From assembly GCA_965113315.1 (NCBI GenBank), contig OZ220367.1: a stretch of 64,000 nucleotides of DNA; one strand, written 5' to 3'. Source of the stretch: Podarcis vaucheri. Its lineage: Eukaryota. Each line of letters begins with the position of its first letter. Within the stretch, counting starts at the first letter, position 1. A program made the translations under genes and the position numbers. The notes under the pieces were generated by a model. That model was not told where the DNA came from and did not search any database. It saw only the letters and a program-made list of their open reading frames with translations. Of the stretch, positions 12,201 to 27,200 are shown in pieces.

Positions 12201-15200
12201 ACCTACTGTCTAATGAAGAGTGTGTTGTGGGATCTAGTAGTAGTGATGGAGGCCCAGAAAGTGTGTCTCTTTAACTGTGGCACAGGGCGAGGCAAAGGTG
12301 CTCAGAGGACAAAGAAGGTTTAGAGCAGTGTTTCCCAACCTTTTTTGGGCAAAGGCACACTTGTTTCATGAAAAAAATCTCGAGGCACACCACCATGCCA
12401 GATGGGTAAAGGTCACTTTTTACTTATGTAAAAAAAAATAAAAAAATAGTAACAGCATAGAAGGTAATGGTTAGGCTAGCATCCCTCTTCCAAACACCAG
12501 GTGTGCTTCTTTCTCGTCACGTCCAGCCTCGCTCGGTTCCCCTTCGTTCACACAATTTCTACCGGCCCGTGCGAAACTTGCGTGCCCTCCTCGGCTCTCC
12601 CCTCACCTCGCGCCCTTGGGCTTATCTCCTCTTTCCCAGAGCGCGCTTTCGGCGACCAACTCGGCGGAATGCTCCCCTCTCCTAATGGTGGCTGGGCGCG
12701 TCCGTCATCGGGAGAGGGGTGGGATCTGCGGGCTGGGCGAGAGCTTGGTTGGCTGCCTCGGGATTTGCGCCTCTCTTCGGGTTGTGCAGTCAGGCGGCGG
12801 GTGTGCGAGAGAGGGAGAGCCGGGCAGGTCGCTCCTCTCTCTTTCCCTGTCTCCGCCCACACGCGCCTCCCCCACCCCACTCTGCCCGAGACAGCGGCGG
12901 GGACTCTGAAGCGGCGGCGGCGGTTGGAGCAAGAGCAGACGCGGGCGGGGATGGTGCGTCTCGGGGAGGCGGTGGCCTTTGCCGCTGCCACCGGCGGCGG
13001 CGCTCTGCTGGAGGGGCGCCCGAGATTATTGGGGGGCAGAGCCCCCCAAACGAATTTTTGAGGGGGCTCGGCCCCCCTCAGGCCCCATGGAGTCGGCGCC
13101 TATGCTCCTCGCCACCGCCACCGCCGCCCCGCCTCTCGCTGCCCGACTCGCCCGCCTCCCTCCCACAGCACACCAGGCAACGTCTCACGGCACACTAGTG
13201 TGCCGCGGAACACCGGTTGGGAAACACTGGTTTAGAGCATGGGTCAGGAATTTTTGGCCCTCCAGATGTTGTTGGGACTCCAACTCCCATCAGCCATAGC
13301 CAGCATGGCTAATGATCAGGGCTCATGGGAACTGTAGTCCAGCAACTTCTGGAGGGCCAAAGGATAGCCAGCCCCTGCTTGGGAGTAAAGTGCTTGTTGC
13401 TGTAGTTCATTATCCTGAATTTGATTTGTTTAAAGCATTGTTTTGTTTTGTTTATGTTTTTACGCCTCTTTATGTGACTGCTTTAATTTGTGGAACTGGC
13501 AATGTTATAGGTCCTGTATAGTATTTGTTCTGCATTTGTAAGAAATTGATCTTGTAGTGTGGCAGCCCCCCACATCAGAACTCCTTGCCTATTGACATGA
13601 GGCAGGCGCCTACATTGTGCTTTTTTTGGCACCTGCTAAAAAACATTTTTGTTTAGGCAAGCCTATCCAGGTATGTCAAATGTTGACAGGGGTTTTACTC
13701 TGGTTTTTAGCTTATTGTTGATTTTAATATATATATATTTACTGATAATTTCATTGTTTTATATCTTTGTTAACTGATTTGAGGTTTCTTTCTTTTTACT
13801 TTCAAGTGCCATATAAATTTTACAAAATAAATAAATTGCATTTGATTTGTTCATTGAGGTCCATCTTTGAGGGCCTTCTGGTGGTTCCCTCCCTGTGAGG
13901 TTACAGGGAACCAGGCAGAAAGGGCCTTCTCGGTAGTGGTGCCCACCCTGTGGAACGCCATCCTGTCAGATGTCAAAGAGATAAATAATTATTTGACCTT
14001 CCGTAGACATCTGAAGGCAGCCCAGGAAGCTTTCAGTGTGTGGTGTTCTGTTGTGTTCTTATTTATTCTGTTGGAAGCCACCCAGGATGGCTGGGGCAAC
14101 GAACTCAGATGGGGGGGTACACAAATTTATTTATTTAGTTTTATTTTATTTCATAAAACTTATGCACCATTTGATTCCCTTGTGCTAAAAGCTATCTGTC
14201 ACCAGGGTGGAGATTGCAAAGTTCCTCCTCACTCTTTTTCTCTGTCCATTGCAGTGATTAGCTCTGTGGAAAAAGAGCTCCGGGCAGTCAATGAGTCAAC
14301 AAATCACTTGCGGGACCTTCAGGAACAGCTGAGCCAAAACCTGACTGCCTTGAGAACTGATATCAACCAGACTTTGAAAGAGTGTGGTGCGCCTTGCAAG
14401 GATGTGCCAGTGTGGAACCTGGAGCCTGGGGCCAATCTCAGTGTGGTAAAATGGGGTTGGAGCGCAGAGAACCTTGGGAAAGGGATGGTGGGTTTTAGAG
14501 AACATGGGAAGAAGACCACTTTCAGGATAAGCGGGCTTAGTTAATTGAGTGACACTACTGAGTCAGAGGCTAAAGCCAGTACCTTAGATGTCAGGGTAGA
14601 ATCTCAGCTGAGGGCTGGCTACAGTGTTGGAGCGTGTCTACAAGATGCCCACAGATGTATTTGTCTGGTCTTGCCAGCACGTAAACATACAGACGTCTTA
14701 GTGGATGCCACGTTGCTTTTACCTGTGTCAGTGTAAACATGTGAGTGAAACACAAAGATTCCTACCCCTCCCAGAACACAATGCATCATCACTTTAATTT
14801 CTTATAGATAGATAAACTGCCCCTTTATCTGTTCCCACAGGTTCCGGATGTCAGCCGCCCACTCCAGCTGTTGACCAATCTGACAGACTCAAACCCTCAG
14901 GACACCATTGCAAAGGTAACATCCTTCCCTCCGTCCATCTTTTCTCTCTCCTCCGCAATCAAACTGCGCCACAGAGAGCAGGCTTTCTGAGTGCCCATGC
15001 CAGGTGGCAGTGTGCCATGGACCGCCTGTCTAGGAGAGGCTGTGCAGTAGGAGCAGAGCCACAGACTGAGCCTAGCAGCATAAATCACAGCCTTGGGCCA
15101 TAGGGCTCCCCTGATCTCTCAAACCATCAATGCCTGTATCCCATCCTCAGAAGGTATTGTTAGCCCACTTCCTCTTTGGAATCAGCATGTATTGCAATGC

Positions 15201-18200
15201 CGTTTTTATTCGCATTGCTTTGCCCTTTGTTCAATGCTATAAGAGCATACAGTGGTACCTTGGGTTACATACGCTTCAGGTTACAGACTCCACTAACCCA
15301 GAAATATTACCTTGGGTTAAGAACTTTGCTTCAGGATGAGAACAGAAATCGTGCAGTGGTGGCACAGCGGCAGCAGGAGGCCCCATTAGCTAAAGTGGTG
15401 CTTCAGGTTAAGAACAGTTTTAGGTTAAGAACAGATCTCCAGAACGAATTAAGTACGTAACCAGAGTTACCACTGTATGTGATTCTGAGATCTCTGTGTT
15501 GTTTGTCTTTTGTTTCCATTTGCACATGTCTTTATTCTGGGTTCTGGCACTGGCAGGCAAGGCAAGTTCTGGCTGATATTCCAAAGAAGGTGTCTGAACA
15601 AACAAAAAAGGTGGTGTCTGGTAAGTAGTTTCAGCAGATAGATAAAGTTGTGTGTATTCTCATTTCAAGAACCAGTTGAAAGGCTATGATTACACTTATA
15701 ATGTCCTCAGAAACTAGAGGTCACCTGCCAAATATCTGTTTGATTAGTTCACATTAATATGTGGAATTTATTCAAGTCTTAGCTCTCAGTCATTCAATAT
15801 AACTGTTTACAGTTATGCAATAGTGCAGCCTTTTATTTGTTTAGAAATTGTTATTCTACAATTATACTTTCTACATAGTAACTGGAGTTCACACCCAACA
15901 GTTTCTCACGTGTGCATGTTTAAGCAACATGGCATTTCCTGTCCTGAAGCTGCAGTTACAGCTACCTGCTGTGGCTGCATGGAGTGACAGGTGTGAGTTA
16001 ATCACATGTGAACATATGAAGCTCTTGTTCTACAGTCAAATCAATGATCTGTCCAGCCCAGCACTGTCTACTCTGATTCACAGTAGTTCTACAAATTCTA
16101 CTTGAGAACCCTTAATTGGAGATGCTAAGGAATTCAGTCTAGGACCTTGGACATGTATTCACTCTTATCACTGAGCTACAAGATGTCCCAAAACATTTTT
16201 AAAACATATGTCCTCCTATGGACCAATGCCACATACACACTGTTGTTTAGAGGACATGGCTAGTCTGCACATTCTTGCTAGCTCCTCCATTTATTAGGCA
16301 TCAGTGGGGCTTAGTCAGGGCTGTCTTACGCATTTGCGGCACTGGGGTACAAAGATCTGTCCGGTGCCCCCCCAAGGTTGCCCAGTCCGAGGGGCGCAGG
16401 AGGGCAGAGGCAGCTGCCCACCTCAGCATCTCACTGGCTTGGTCACCCCCGAACTCAGCATGCAGAGCCACCCGCAGCAGAAGAGCCCACCGCGGTGCTC
16501 TGACCGACCGACGGGCTCTTCCCTGAACTCAGCTCTCGGGTCCCAGACTCTCAGCCTGGCGCCCCTGAGAGCCCAGCATCCAGGTGCCCCACACCCCTAG
16601 CGCCTATGGGTAAGCGCCTTGGGCTCAGTGGAGCTGGGCGTTTCCCTTCTCCCAATCCACAGCTTTCCTTTTCCATCCTTCTTTGTCCTCCCTAACTTGA
16701 ACTGAATGAAGGATGGGCAGCCTGAAATGAAGGAGGCATTAGATTTGCTGAGGCGTGTGAATGGTTCTTCCTTGGAGAGCTAATAGGCAATTGGGAATAA
16801 AATACTACATATCCGGGACACATAGCAGGTGGTTGCCCTGTGGTAAGATTCTCTGCCATAGTGAACAAAGTATATTTGTTTATCTGTGTATCTTTTGGTC
16901 CTTGCAGAAGGAGAGGTTCGCCTCCGTGATGTCGAGCAAGCGATTGAAGATAGCCGTAGCAACTTTTCCACACTGAGCAGAATGGGGAATATATCTCAGT
17001 CCATGACAGATGTTGTCAGTTGGGCAAGTACCTATGAGCCGGATATCGTCACCTATGATAGTTACAGGTATGAATTAAAGTGTTCTCAGAGTATTGTAAG
17101 CTGGGGGAATCCCTTAGGTTAGCTTAAGCCACGCTAGGTCATTTGTTGGATGAAATGTTGGTCCCTTGTCCCTCCTGACCATGAGTGGTCATATGTTATC
17201 AAAATGGCAGCTGTAGGAAATGGGATGAGAATGGTAGCCTAAACGAAGGGCTAAAAGCTTTCTGGCCACTATTTTGGAAGCCTCTGGTGTGCAGTTTCAT
17301 GTCACACTGATGGTTTCCCACAGCATTTTTGGACAGGGCACCACATCTAGTCTGCAGTAGTATGAAAATTAAAATCCTTGTCTTCCGATTTGGTTAATTG
17401 GCCCAGATAGCACTTGTTTTTCTTCAGTGCTATACCATTGTTCATAACCTAGGCTTGGATGGGATATCATGTTTTCTAATTTGCTTCTTCTTGTTGCCAA
17501 CAGAGTCTTGCTGACGCTGGTTTTTAGCAGAGATCAAACCCATTACCAGGTTTTGACTCCTTCCTTCCTTTAGCTATTGTCTTCTGTCAGAGTCTTAACT
17601 GTTTTCCTTTTCCTTACTTTAGGTGGATTGCTGGCCTTTGCCTCTGCTCTCTGGTACTCGTGATCATTGTATTCAACATGCTGGGCCTGTTGTTTGGGGC
17701 ACTTGGGCTAAACCCGCGAGAGATGCCTACCAAACGGGGCTGCCTCGCAAACACTGGTGGAGACCTCCTCATGGCGTAAGAGACTTTGCACCTTCTCCCA
17801 TCTCATGACAGACAGTCATCCAATAAGTCAAAAGGATGTAAGAAGCTGCTGCTGCATCCCATGTCAGGCCCTTGGTTCATCTGGCACAGCACCATCAATG
17901 CTGACTGGCAGTGGCTTTCCAGAGTTTCAGCTAGACGTCCTTCCAAGCCCTACTTGGAGGTGCCAGGGATTCATCCTGGAACCTTCTGCATGCAAAACTC
18001 ATGTTCTGTTACAGAGCTCTGGCCTGTACCCTTATTACCCTTCCTGATGATTGCCAAATATTGCCAAGCTGTGTTATGGCATAGCAAATGTTAGAGCATG
18101 GGTGGCAGGACTCAGGAGGCGGCTGCAGATCTTTACATGTATTGCTGGTTGCCTGATTCCCCAGCTCTCTGGGAGCTATTCTATGGAGGGTTTTCCCATA

Positions 18201-21200
18201 CACAATATGTTTTGTGTACAGGCTCCTACTAGAGAAAGCTAGGGTGGGAATGTCCTTAAGTATCTAGAAATGCAGTGTTACTGGCAGACTGGCACAGTGC
18301 AGAGCCATGCCCCCTGAGTATTTTGGTACCCTGACCTTGTCCTGGACTTTCCCATGGACCTCTGGCTGTTCCTTATGTTTATCTGATGGATTGTGTGTCA
18401 GAATGAATGGAAGGGTTGCCTGGGGCAAATGTGCAAGGGCTCCGACGGCTGCTCTTCACATCCATCCAGCGAAATCCCAGACCTCCAATCATGTTTTCCC
18501 TTCTCTGACAGGAGCGTTGGGTTCAGCTTCATATTTTCATGGCTGCTGATGCTGCTGGTTCTACTGACATTTTTAGTTGGGGGAAGTATGTACACAGTGG
18601 TGTGTCGGCCATGGGCCGATGGGCGTCTCCTTCAGGTAAGTCCCTTGGGCTACCATGAGTATTCTTTGATACTGCTGAGTGCCATCTGCAGTGGAACAAG
18701 GGGGGAAATAATGTGGGCGAGGAGAGAAGTGAGTCATGGTTTCCCTTAACACCAGACCAGAACCCACACACTGTAACCTTAGATTCTAATCCTGGGATCC
18801 CATCTCTCCCCCTTGTCAATCATTATCATTTTGGCATGGAAATTGCTGAAGTAGGCATGAGACAGCCAGGCAATCCCACATTCTGCAGAGGAGGAAATCG
18901 CAGGGAGAGGCAAATACTGAAGATGTTGTTTTGAGTTGAGAGGCTAAGAATCTAATTAATGACTCTTTATTTTCTTCTAGTTTCTGGACACACCAGGGTT
19001 GTTTCCTGAATTCAACCTGACACGGCTCTTGCATTTGAAGAGTTCTGATGTGAACCTCTCCAGCCTGTACAAGTGAGTGGCTGGCTGGCTGGCTGGATTC
19101 CTCCATGGCTTCCTGCCTGCTGTGACTTTGGTCCTCACCTTCCCCCAAAGGGAGAGAGACTCTTGAGAGTAGGGTGGGAACTGCAGGCCTGATATGAGTC
19201 AGGCATGCAGTGTATGGGAGTAGGGGAAAGTAAGTTCCACCCACTTGCCAACATGCAATGTCAGGGTAGCATGCACAGCCATGCCAGGGGGCCCTCGTGC
19301 AGAGAAGTCTTTTAATATTTTGTTTTTAGTTTTTTCAAATTTTGAAATTTGCAAACAATTATCAAACAACCAACATAGAGAATTCTTTTTCCTTACATTT
19401 CCAGCATGTATTTGACCTTGTTTTATACAAGCTAGTTTACTAGGGGTTAAATACCAATTATACATCAATTTCATATAATTTTCTTTCAACGTATAACATG
19501 CAGTAAACTTCAAATCCCAGTTCCATAGCTTCTCCCATGCTGTAAGTTGTATATTATGTCCAAAGTCCTTGCCCAGCATAGACAAGAAGCTTCATAATAC
19601 AGTCGTACCTTGGAAGTCGAACGGAATCCGCTCTAGAAGTCCATTTGACTTAAAAAACATTCGAAAACCAAAGCGTGGTGTAATGGGAATTGGGGGTTGC
19701 TCGTGCGTAAGTTGCCACCACTCTCGGTGAGGTTGCCTGGATAAACCTTTCCCTGGCTGGACAGTCCTGATTCCGCGTCTGTCTCAGTCACTGGCAGAAT
19801 CCGTCAGTGGGCGTTTCCTGAACTTCTTCCAACATAAAAGTTCCTTGACGGATAGTCTCCGCCTAGGCTCCCTGCGCGGAAGTCTTCTGCGCAGGGTGGG
19901 TGTGGGCAGTGGAGGACCAATGCCCGCCTTTTTCCCTGGTGTAACGCTGATTTCCTTCCCCAGTCACTGAGTCCCCTCTTTCCCTGCTGGGACCTTCTCC
20001 GGCATCGCTCGGGAGCCCTTCCACCACTCCTGATTGCGATGGCAGTTCCCTGACACGTGGCTTGAAGCTGTGGAAGCCCTGTCGGACATTTGGGTTCCAA
20101 AGAACGTTCGCAAACTGGAATACTTGCTTCCGGGTTTGCAGCGTTTGGGAGCCAAAACATCCAAGTAGCAAGGTGTTCAGGATCCAATTTGACTGTATAA
20201 TCTTAAATCTGGTGCAGAGAAATCTTTCCCTGACCCACAACTTCTCCATTCTGCCAAGAGTTTACTAGAGTAACAGCCTGAATCATGCTTTTCCTTCTCT
20301 GAGGTACCTTTCAGCCTGATCACTGTGCTTCTTAGTCCTGCTATTTCCCCACAGTTTTTGCCCCCATGCTGAGCTTATGTCACCAGCAACCCCATTGCCC
20401 CCTGGCGTAAGAGTTAAACTACATGATTGGAAAGCTTGATTGCGTGGTGATGCTGTTTCCCCAGTTTATGTTTGACATAGCACAGTGTGTGTATGCTGGT
20501 CTCTCAGCTCGGTTTTCACTCTTGCAGGAACTGTGAAAACAATGCCCCCTTGTGGAGCACCCTTCACCTGGGTGAGGTCATCCCTCTGGATGAGATCCTA
20601 AACACCAGCAAGGTCAGTGATGAGTGTCTGTAGGTGAACTGAGACAGCCACAAGAGAAATTGAATGACCAGCAAGATTAGTGTCCTCAGATATGTTCTGG
20701 GATAGTTTAAAGTCCAGATCTGGGGCATGTCTTCAGCCACCTGGAGAACCCCAGAGAAGTGTCCTGGGAGGCTGGATTGTTATGTACTCTGCACCTACTT
20801 GCCTTGTTTTTCTTTTGCTCTTACAGTACACTGGTAATATTGATGCAGCCTTAAAAAAAATAAATATCAGTTTGGGCTCCACTGACCTCCTGAAGGATGA
20901 GCAGAAGCGTCGCCTGCAGGAACTGGGCTCAAAGGATGGGCTGAACCTGAATTTTTCCAGTGCTCTGAAACAAGTGAGATGAGAGGGTGGAACAGCTTAT
21001 CACAAGATGATTTCTTTTCTTGATCTTTATGGGGTTTGACATTGTCTGGTATCTTGTGAGATATGTCACATCTGAAAAAGAGTCGTGTTTTTTTTTTAAA
21101 TAAAAAAGTTAGGCCATTCAAATTAGTTTAGATTGCGTAATAGGACTAGTGACTTGCCTAGAAAATGATATCATTGCCAGTAATAGGAGTGTAGGCTCCA

Positions 21201-24200
21201 TCCCCACAGAAAAATGAATGCCCTTCATGCTTGCTGGGGTATGAATTGCTGCAGGAAGGAATCCGTCAGCTGGGATATTCTGATTAACTGACAATGGAAG
21301 GGTCGTTGGGTTGATGATGTCAGCATAGGTTTCTGGCAGCTGCTCAGTCTGTTCAGGAGAAAGGATAGTGTCCGGAAAGGGCTTTGGGTGCAGCCCAAAA
21401 GGAAAGCCGTTCCCCAACAAAACCTGTGCAGGTTACTGAGTTTAAGAAAATCTCAAAGACATCTGTATAATGAAATCATGCCATTCCACATAAATAAAAG
21501 CAGCAGTTAACATGTAAACAGGACAGGATTTGCCTGGTGCCTAAAAGCAACGACGAAGATGCCAGGGAGATCACCCTTGGGAGGGAGATCCATAATTAGA
21601 GCACAGTCACTAAAAAGGTACGCTCTTTGGATGGCGCCCACATGTCCTTTTGTAGGTGAGGGCACCCAGAAAAGAGCCTCTGATTGTTGTCTCACAGATC
21701 ATTGGAGGTGGAGGGATGAGGTGAGCTTTATCTTCCCAGAGGTGTGATGTGAAATAATAACAACTTACGTATCAATGGGTTCAAAATGAAATAAAACAAG
21801 TTGGAAAGCGGATTCTAGGAAGTGTGCGAACTTAATCTGCCTGGGCCCTGACCTTACTCACTCCAATGTCTCTTGCTATCCTTGAGGAGCTGACCCACCG
21901 TGTGTCCCTTTCTTTGCAGATCAACGAGACTGTGACAAAACAAGACCTGTCTTCACTGGCAGCAGATCTAGATAAATTGGCAGAAAACACAGTGAGTGGT
22001 GCTTTGATTGGGATATCCCCATTCTTCTGCAGTGCTTCTCTCCCCCAGCTCCCTTTCTAGGGGGAGGGGCCCTGTAGGTGTCTTTTGGGGACCACTTCAA
22101 CCCAGAGCTGGCCCAAGACATTTTGGCACCTGAGGCGAACCACAAAATGGCCCCCTCCCTGCCAGAGAAGTAGGGGTGAATGAAGATCTACATTGGGAAC
22201 AAGGGGGAGAATTGAATTAATCTTATTCAACAGCTGAAGTGGGAATGAAATGCCGTCATGGCAGGGGAAAAGGGGCCTGTTCTGAATCATGCCCCCACCA
22301 TTTCCTCTCTAAGGGTGATAGGAGACCAGCAGCAACTCCTGTTTGCCAAGAGGTCACTGTAGAGGTGGCATGGGGGGCAGGGAACTGTTGAGGAGAGACA
22401 GATCCAGTCCCCAAGCAGTGTGCCACAGCCGTCAGTGCCACTGCAGCAGCAGCCATGGGCATGTGTTCCTTGGATACTGAATCGGCTGTCCCTGTGGATC
22501 CTGCTGCCTGAGGTAGTCACCTCATCTTGACTACTAGGTAGGCTGGCCCTGATTTAACCCCAGATCCTCCCTGAAGATGGGAAATAATTGCATCCCACAT
22601 TGTCTTCTGGAAATGTGCCCACTTGTATGTGTGAAAGCAGCAGAAAACCTATCAATATCTCTTCACAACGGTGGTGCTTATGAACATATTTTCAGGCAAT
22701 TAATGCGAAAGCTCGGAGCGATTTTCAACTGGAGGCCAGAAGGCTGAGGAAGCTCCAGGATTGGGTCAATTACACGTTTCCTCCTCAGATGGTGAGTGCT
22801 GCTCTCCCCAAACACTTTTACCTCCTTTTGGCCCAGACCAGGTGCCGTCTTGAACAAGGCCTCTCTGGACGGTTTTGATTCTTGGCCCTACCAGGCCATA
22901 AGATGGTTGATATCTGTCCCACCTTCTGTCAACTCATTCCATCCAGCTCAGTGGATGGTGCCCTCTGATGAGCTTTCTCTGTCCTCAGCACATCCTGAGA
23001 AGCAGCATTCGAAAACTACAGAAGTCTGTCCCTCAGATTCCGGTAAGCAGGGCAAGGTTTGAGGAAGGAGTGTTCTGGGAGGTGGGGCTTTGATGCCAGG
23101 CTTTCTGAATGACACCCCATTAGATATTGGATGGGTGGGGAAGTACAACCTACTGACAATCTCGCCAGGCCTCCTTGCATAACAATGTGAGAACTCAAGG
23201 TAACAGGTGCCAATTGGGAGATACAGAGATTTCCCTTGGCATTGACTCTGTAGGGATGGGGTTTCAGAACCTGGAAGACTGTGGGAGATTGACAGAGTTG
23301 GTAGGCATCCCAAAGATGGACAGAGGAGGTGTTAATGGGGCACTGGCAGAACTATGCTTGTGTGCGTTCGGGGTCTGTATGGTGCTGGGTATGAAATGCT
23401 AAGCTGCAGTCCTTCATATGTTGGACTCCCAATTCCCATCAGTCCCAGCCAGCATGGCCAATGGTCAGGACTGATGAGAGTGGTAGTCCAGCAGCATCTG
23501 AAGAGCTGCAGTTGTGCAACTCCCGCTAAAGCATACCAAAAAACCTGTCTCAGCCTTTTGATAATATACCAGCGCTGCTCCCTTATGCCCATTGGATTAT
23601 GTGATGTTCTGCTCAGTGGTCTGCTCAGATCTGTATGGAAAGTGGTGGTGAGGGCAGCCCATGAGACTGGCTCTGCCAGGGAGTGAACCTGACAGTACTG
23701 TGTCCTGCCAGGGTACAGCAAACGCCACGTTGTCAAAAATAGAAGACGCTCAGATATTTATGAAGTGGCAGACGCAGGACGTTGTCAAAAACGTGAGTCT
23801 TATCATTCAACCCATTTTCTGGTGGGGGTACACAGAGGGCATCGTTAAGACTGGATTTGTGCATTGCCACATAATGTAACATGGAGGCTCATCCAGAAGT
23901 CCTATAGGCCTCTAACTACGACATTAGACATGCTAGTGAACAACTCTGGGAAATGGGAATACAGGAAATGCAGTGGAGAGGAGGACATGCGAAAGCTAGT
24001 GCTCCCAGGATAGGAACATGTGACACCCCAGCTGATCGTGCATTGATCATGTATTACCTTTTCCTGTACCCCATAAGACAGCCCAATTTCCCTTCCTATT
24101 CTTGGAACCATTAATGGAGCTTGGATAGGGGATTGGAGCCCCATAACTGAACCCCTTTCCTTGTTTGGAAGTTGTTGCCCTATCCTCTAACTTGCACCCA

Positions 24201-27200
24201 CCCATCTTACCTTCTTACCTCTAGGAGACTTCAGCTTTCGTGAAAACTCTGCTGGGTTTATTTGAATCATATATAGACTGGGCAAAGAGTACCGTAAGTA
24301 ATGCCAACTGCTGTTGATGGAAATTGGGCTTAATCCTGAGTGATGACAAGGTGGGAGCCTGGTTGTCCTTGCTTGTATACTTCTGATATACTCACATCCA
24401 GGCTGGATGCTTGCCTGTGGCTATGCATACCCAAGCCAGTCAACCATGAATTTACTGGACCTTTTAGTCATAGTTTATTTATTATTTACTGGTTTAAAAG
24501 ATTTATAAACTGCTTAATCAAAGCACTCTCTAGAGACGGTGCGCATAACAAAGTTGTAGTTAAAATGCAGATGAAATCTGCAAAGCAATAAAAAACAAGT
24601 ATATATAAAACATACTGCATTTTTCCATCTATAAGATGCCCCCTATTTTTGAGGACTCGGATTTAAGAAAATGGGGGGGGGGGGTATAAGACAACCCCTA
24701 ATTTCTGACATCATTTTTAAGGAAAAAAACCCTAGTCTTATACATGGAAAAATACGGTAATTAAAACACTGATTAAATCAGTAAAACTTTAAGAACAAAT
24801 ATGAGTAACTAAATTATATGTCTGGGTAAGTTTGCAATAGACATCTAAAAAGATATGGGGCAGGGAACCTTTTCTGCCAGGTGGGCCAGAATTTTATTTC
24901 CAAATCTTTGACAGGTTACTTTGGGCAGGTGGACGGAGTTTTGACACCAGGTGATACTGCAGTTTGAAACCTCAGTTGTCCCCATGCCCTGCTGCCTGAA
25001 CTTCTGAAAACTGTCAGGAGCACTTTTGCAAAGGGCTTTCAATAGCCACACACTCCTTTTTGAATGTCCAGTTTTTGGAGGTTCAAACAGCAACACCTGG
25101 TCCTCCATTCTGGCAAGATGCCCATGCAACCTCACTCATGAAACAGGAAGGAGGAATCCTGCTGAGCTTATGGCAGCTGATGAGTGAGGGTTAATTTCTC
25201 CTGGCTTGGCTGCACTTGCCTGTTTCCTACAAGTGTGAGCAGCCAATGTAACATTGAATCCCGTCATTCTGCCCATCAGCAGCCAGTGCAAATATCTGAG
25301 GGCAACTCCAATATGCTGACAGAACCTCACTCCTGGCAGCATTCTGTGGTTAACTGCACTTTCCTGATCAGCCACTTGCATTCACATGCCAGTCTTACAG
25401 CCTCATGCACAGGTGGCCTGGAGGCATATGTAAGCAAAATCAAGTTGAACTCGTGGGAAGTGTACTGCCGTTGCCCATCTTACTTCTAGGGTGCAAGCAC
25501 AGTATGAAGTTATAAGGTTGGCAATGCCAGGACAATTCCTACCATGTGCTTAGCTGGACAGGCAACATTTATGATGACATCAGGATGAAGGTGTTTGGCC
25601 AGGAAATGAGTGCAGGGCTCGGGATTTTTCCTTTGGTGGTCATGATGTTTCCTTGTCTTCTTTGCTGGCAGATCAAAGAGCAGGTGGGCCGCTGTGGCCC
25701 TGCAGCCTGGGCACTGGATAGTGTGAATACCGTGGTCTGCAGCTGCGTTGTCAATTCATTGGTGAGGCAGTCAACACGAGGGATGAGCTGGGGTGTGGGA
25801 ATGAGCCAGCATGGATAAGGGACAGCAGGGTGGCAGTCCGTAGGTTGAGAGATGGCGACTGCAGCCTAGGATGTAGGAGTAACTGGTAGGTGGTGGGGCC
25901 ACAGAAATTGTAACTACCTTGGGCAGAGGCTGTGCTGTGGCTCTGGGAATCTTGCCTGGGGTGGCGCATGGAAAGAAGCTGGGGAGACATCTGCACATGG
26001 GACAGATCCCTGTGCTCTTGAATGGGCACAGGGCTGGGGAAAGTGTATAGATGTATGTGAAGGGAGCTCTAGGGAAATGTTGGGGAGATGGATGGAAAAG
26101 ACACAGGTAGGCTGTAGGCGAGGCTTACCTTGCATGAGCTCAAGCAGGGTGGGAGTTAAGTGGAGACAGCGGGAGTACTGACAGCTGCCTTCCCCTCTTC
26201 TCCCCTTAGAACGCCTTCTGGTTCAGTCTAGGCTGGTGCACCATCTTTCTGCTGCCAAGCATCATCTTGGCTGTGCGGCTTGCCAAGTTTTACCGCAGAA
26301 TGCACATGGATGACGTCTACACGTGAGGATGGGTTATACTTTTGCCTGTCACCCTGCCTATGGCCATGGATCAGATGCTTTACTTCTCTCCCCGCCCACC
26401 CCACTCTCAGTACTGTTCACTGATTATAGGCTCCACCCTCCAGTTGGTTCCATTACCTAGAAGTGCAAGTCCAGCTGTAGGGCTGCTCCCATGGTATTCT
26501 TGTAAACCAACAATCCCTCTTGTGAAAGTGTCTGCTTTTAAGATACTGATGGAAAAGTGGGTTCTCCAGGGGAAGCCTCTAGGGGAAAGTGCTAACTGCC
26601 TTCCCTAGTAAATGAAAAAGGGAATGTTTTGACTTCCCACTTGCTTATACAGTGGTACCTCGGGTTACATACGCTTCAAGTTATGGACGCTTCAGGTTAC
26701 AGACTCTGCTAACCCAGAAATAGTACCTCGAGTTAAGAACTTTGCTTCAGGATGAGAACAGAAATCGCGTGGTGGTGGCGGCGCAGCAGCAGCAGCAGGA
26801 GGCCCCATTAGCTAAAGTGGTGCTTCAGGTTAAGAACAGTTTCAGGTTAAGAATGGACCTCCAGAATGAATTAAATTATTAACCCAAGGTACCACTGTAC
26901 TCTGAAACAGCTTTCAACCTTTCTGGCAAAACATGGTCCTGTGGAAGCCACACCAATGCTGTGTTATCTGGGTTTGTTGTTGTTGTTGGCATCCATCCGT
27001 CTTGAGAGACAATGGAGTGTGCCTCCATGGGTGAAGTCAAATTGCTGTGATAGGGACATTGAGGTGGCCTCTCCAGGGCACAAGTCTGCGCAGTATGAAG
27101 CAATAACAAAAAAAAAAACCCATGACCCTGGGCACGAACTAGACTAGAGCCATGACAAGTTCAAGAAACAATTGCTCACGTGACCAGGGAGGATTCTTGC

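Noticed and set aside
12467-13299. Cluster of overlapping 70-186 aa ORFs
   Set aside because: They lie inside a GC-rich non-autonomous hAT element, have no recognisable domain, and stop scarcity is explained by GC content
13867-14544. 225-aa ORF
   Set aside because: Chance in-frame join of an L2-like remnant, intron sequence and one prominin exon
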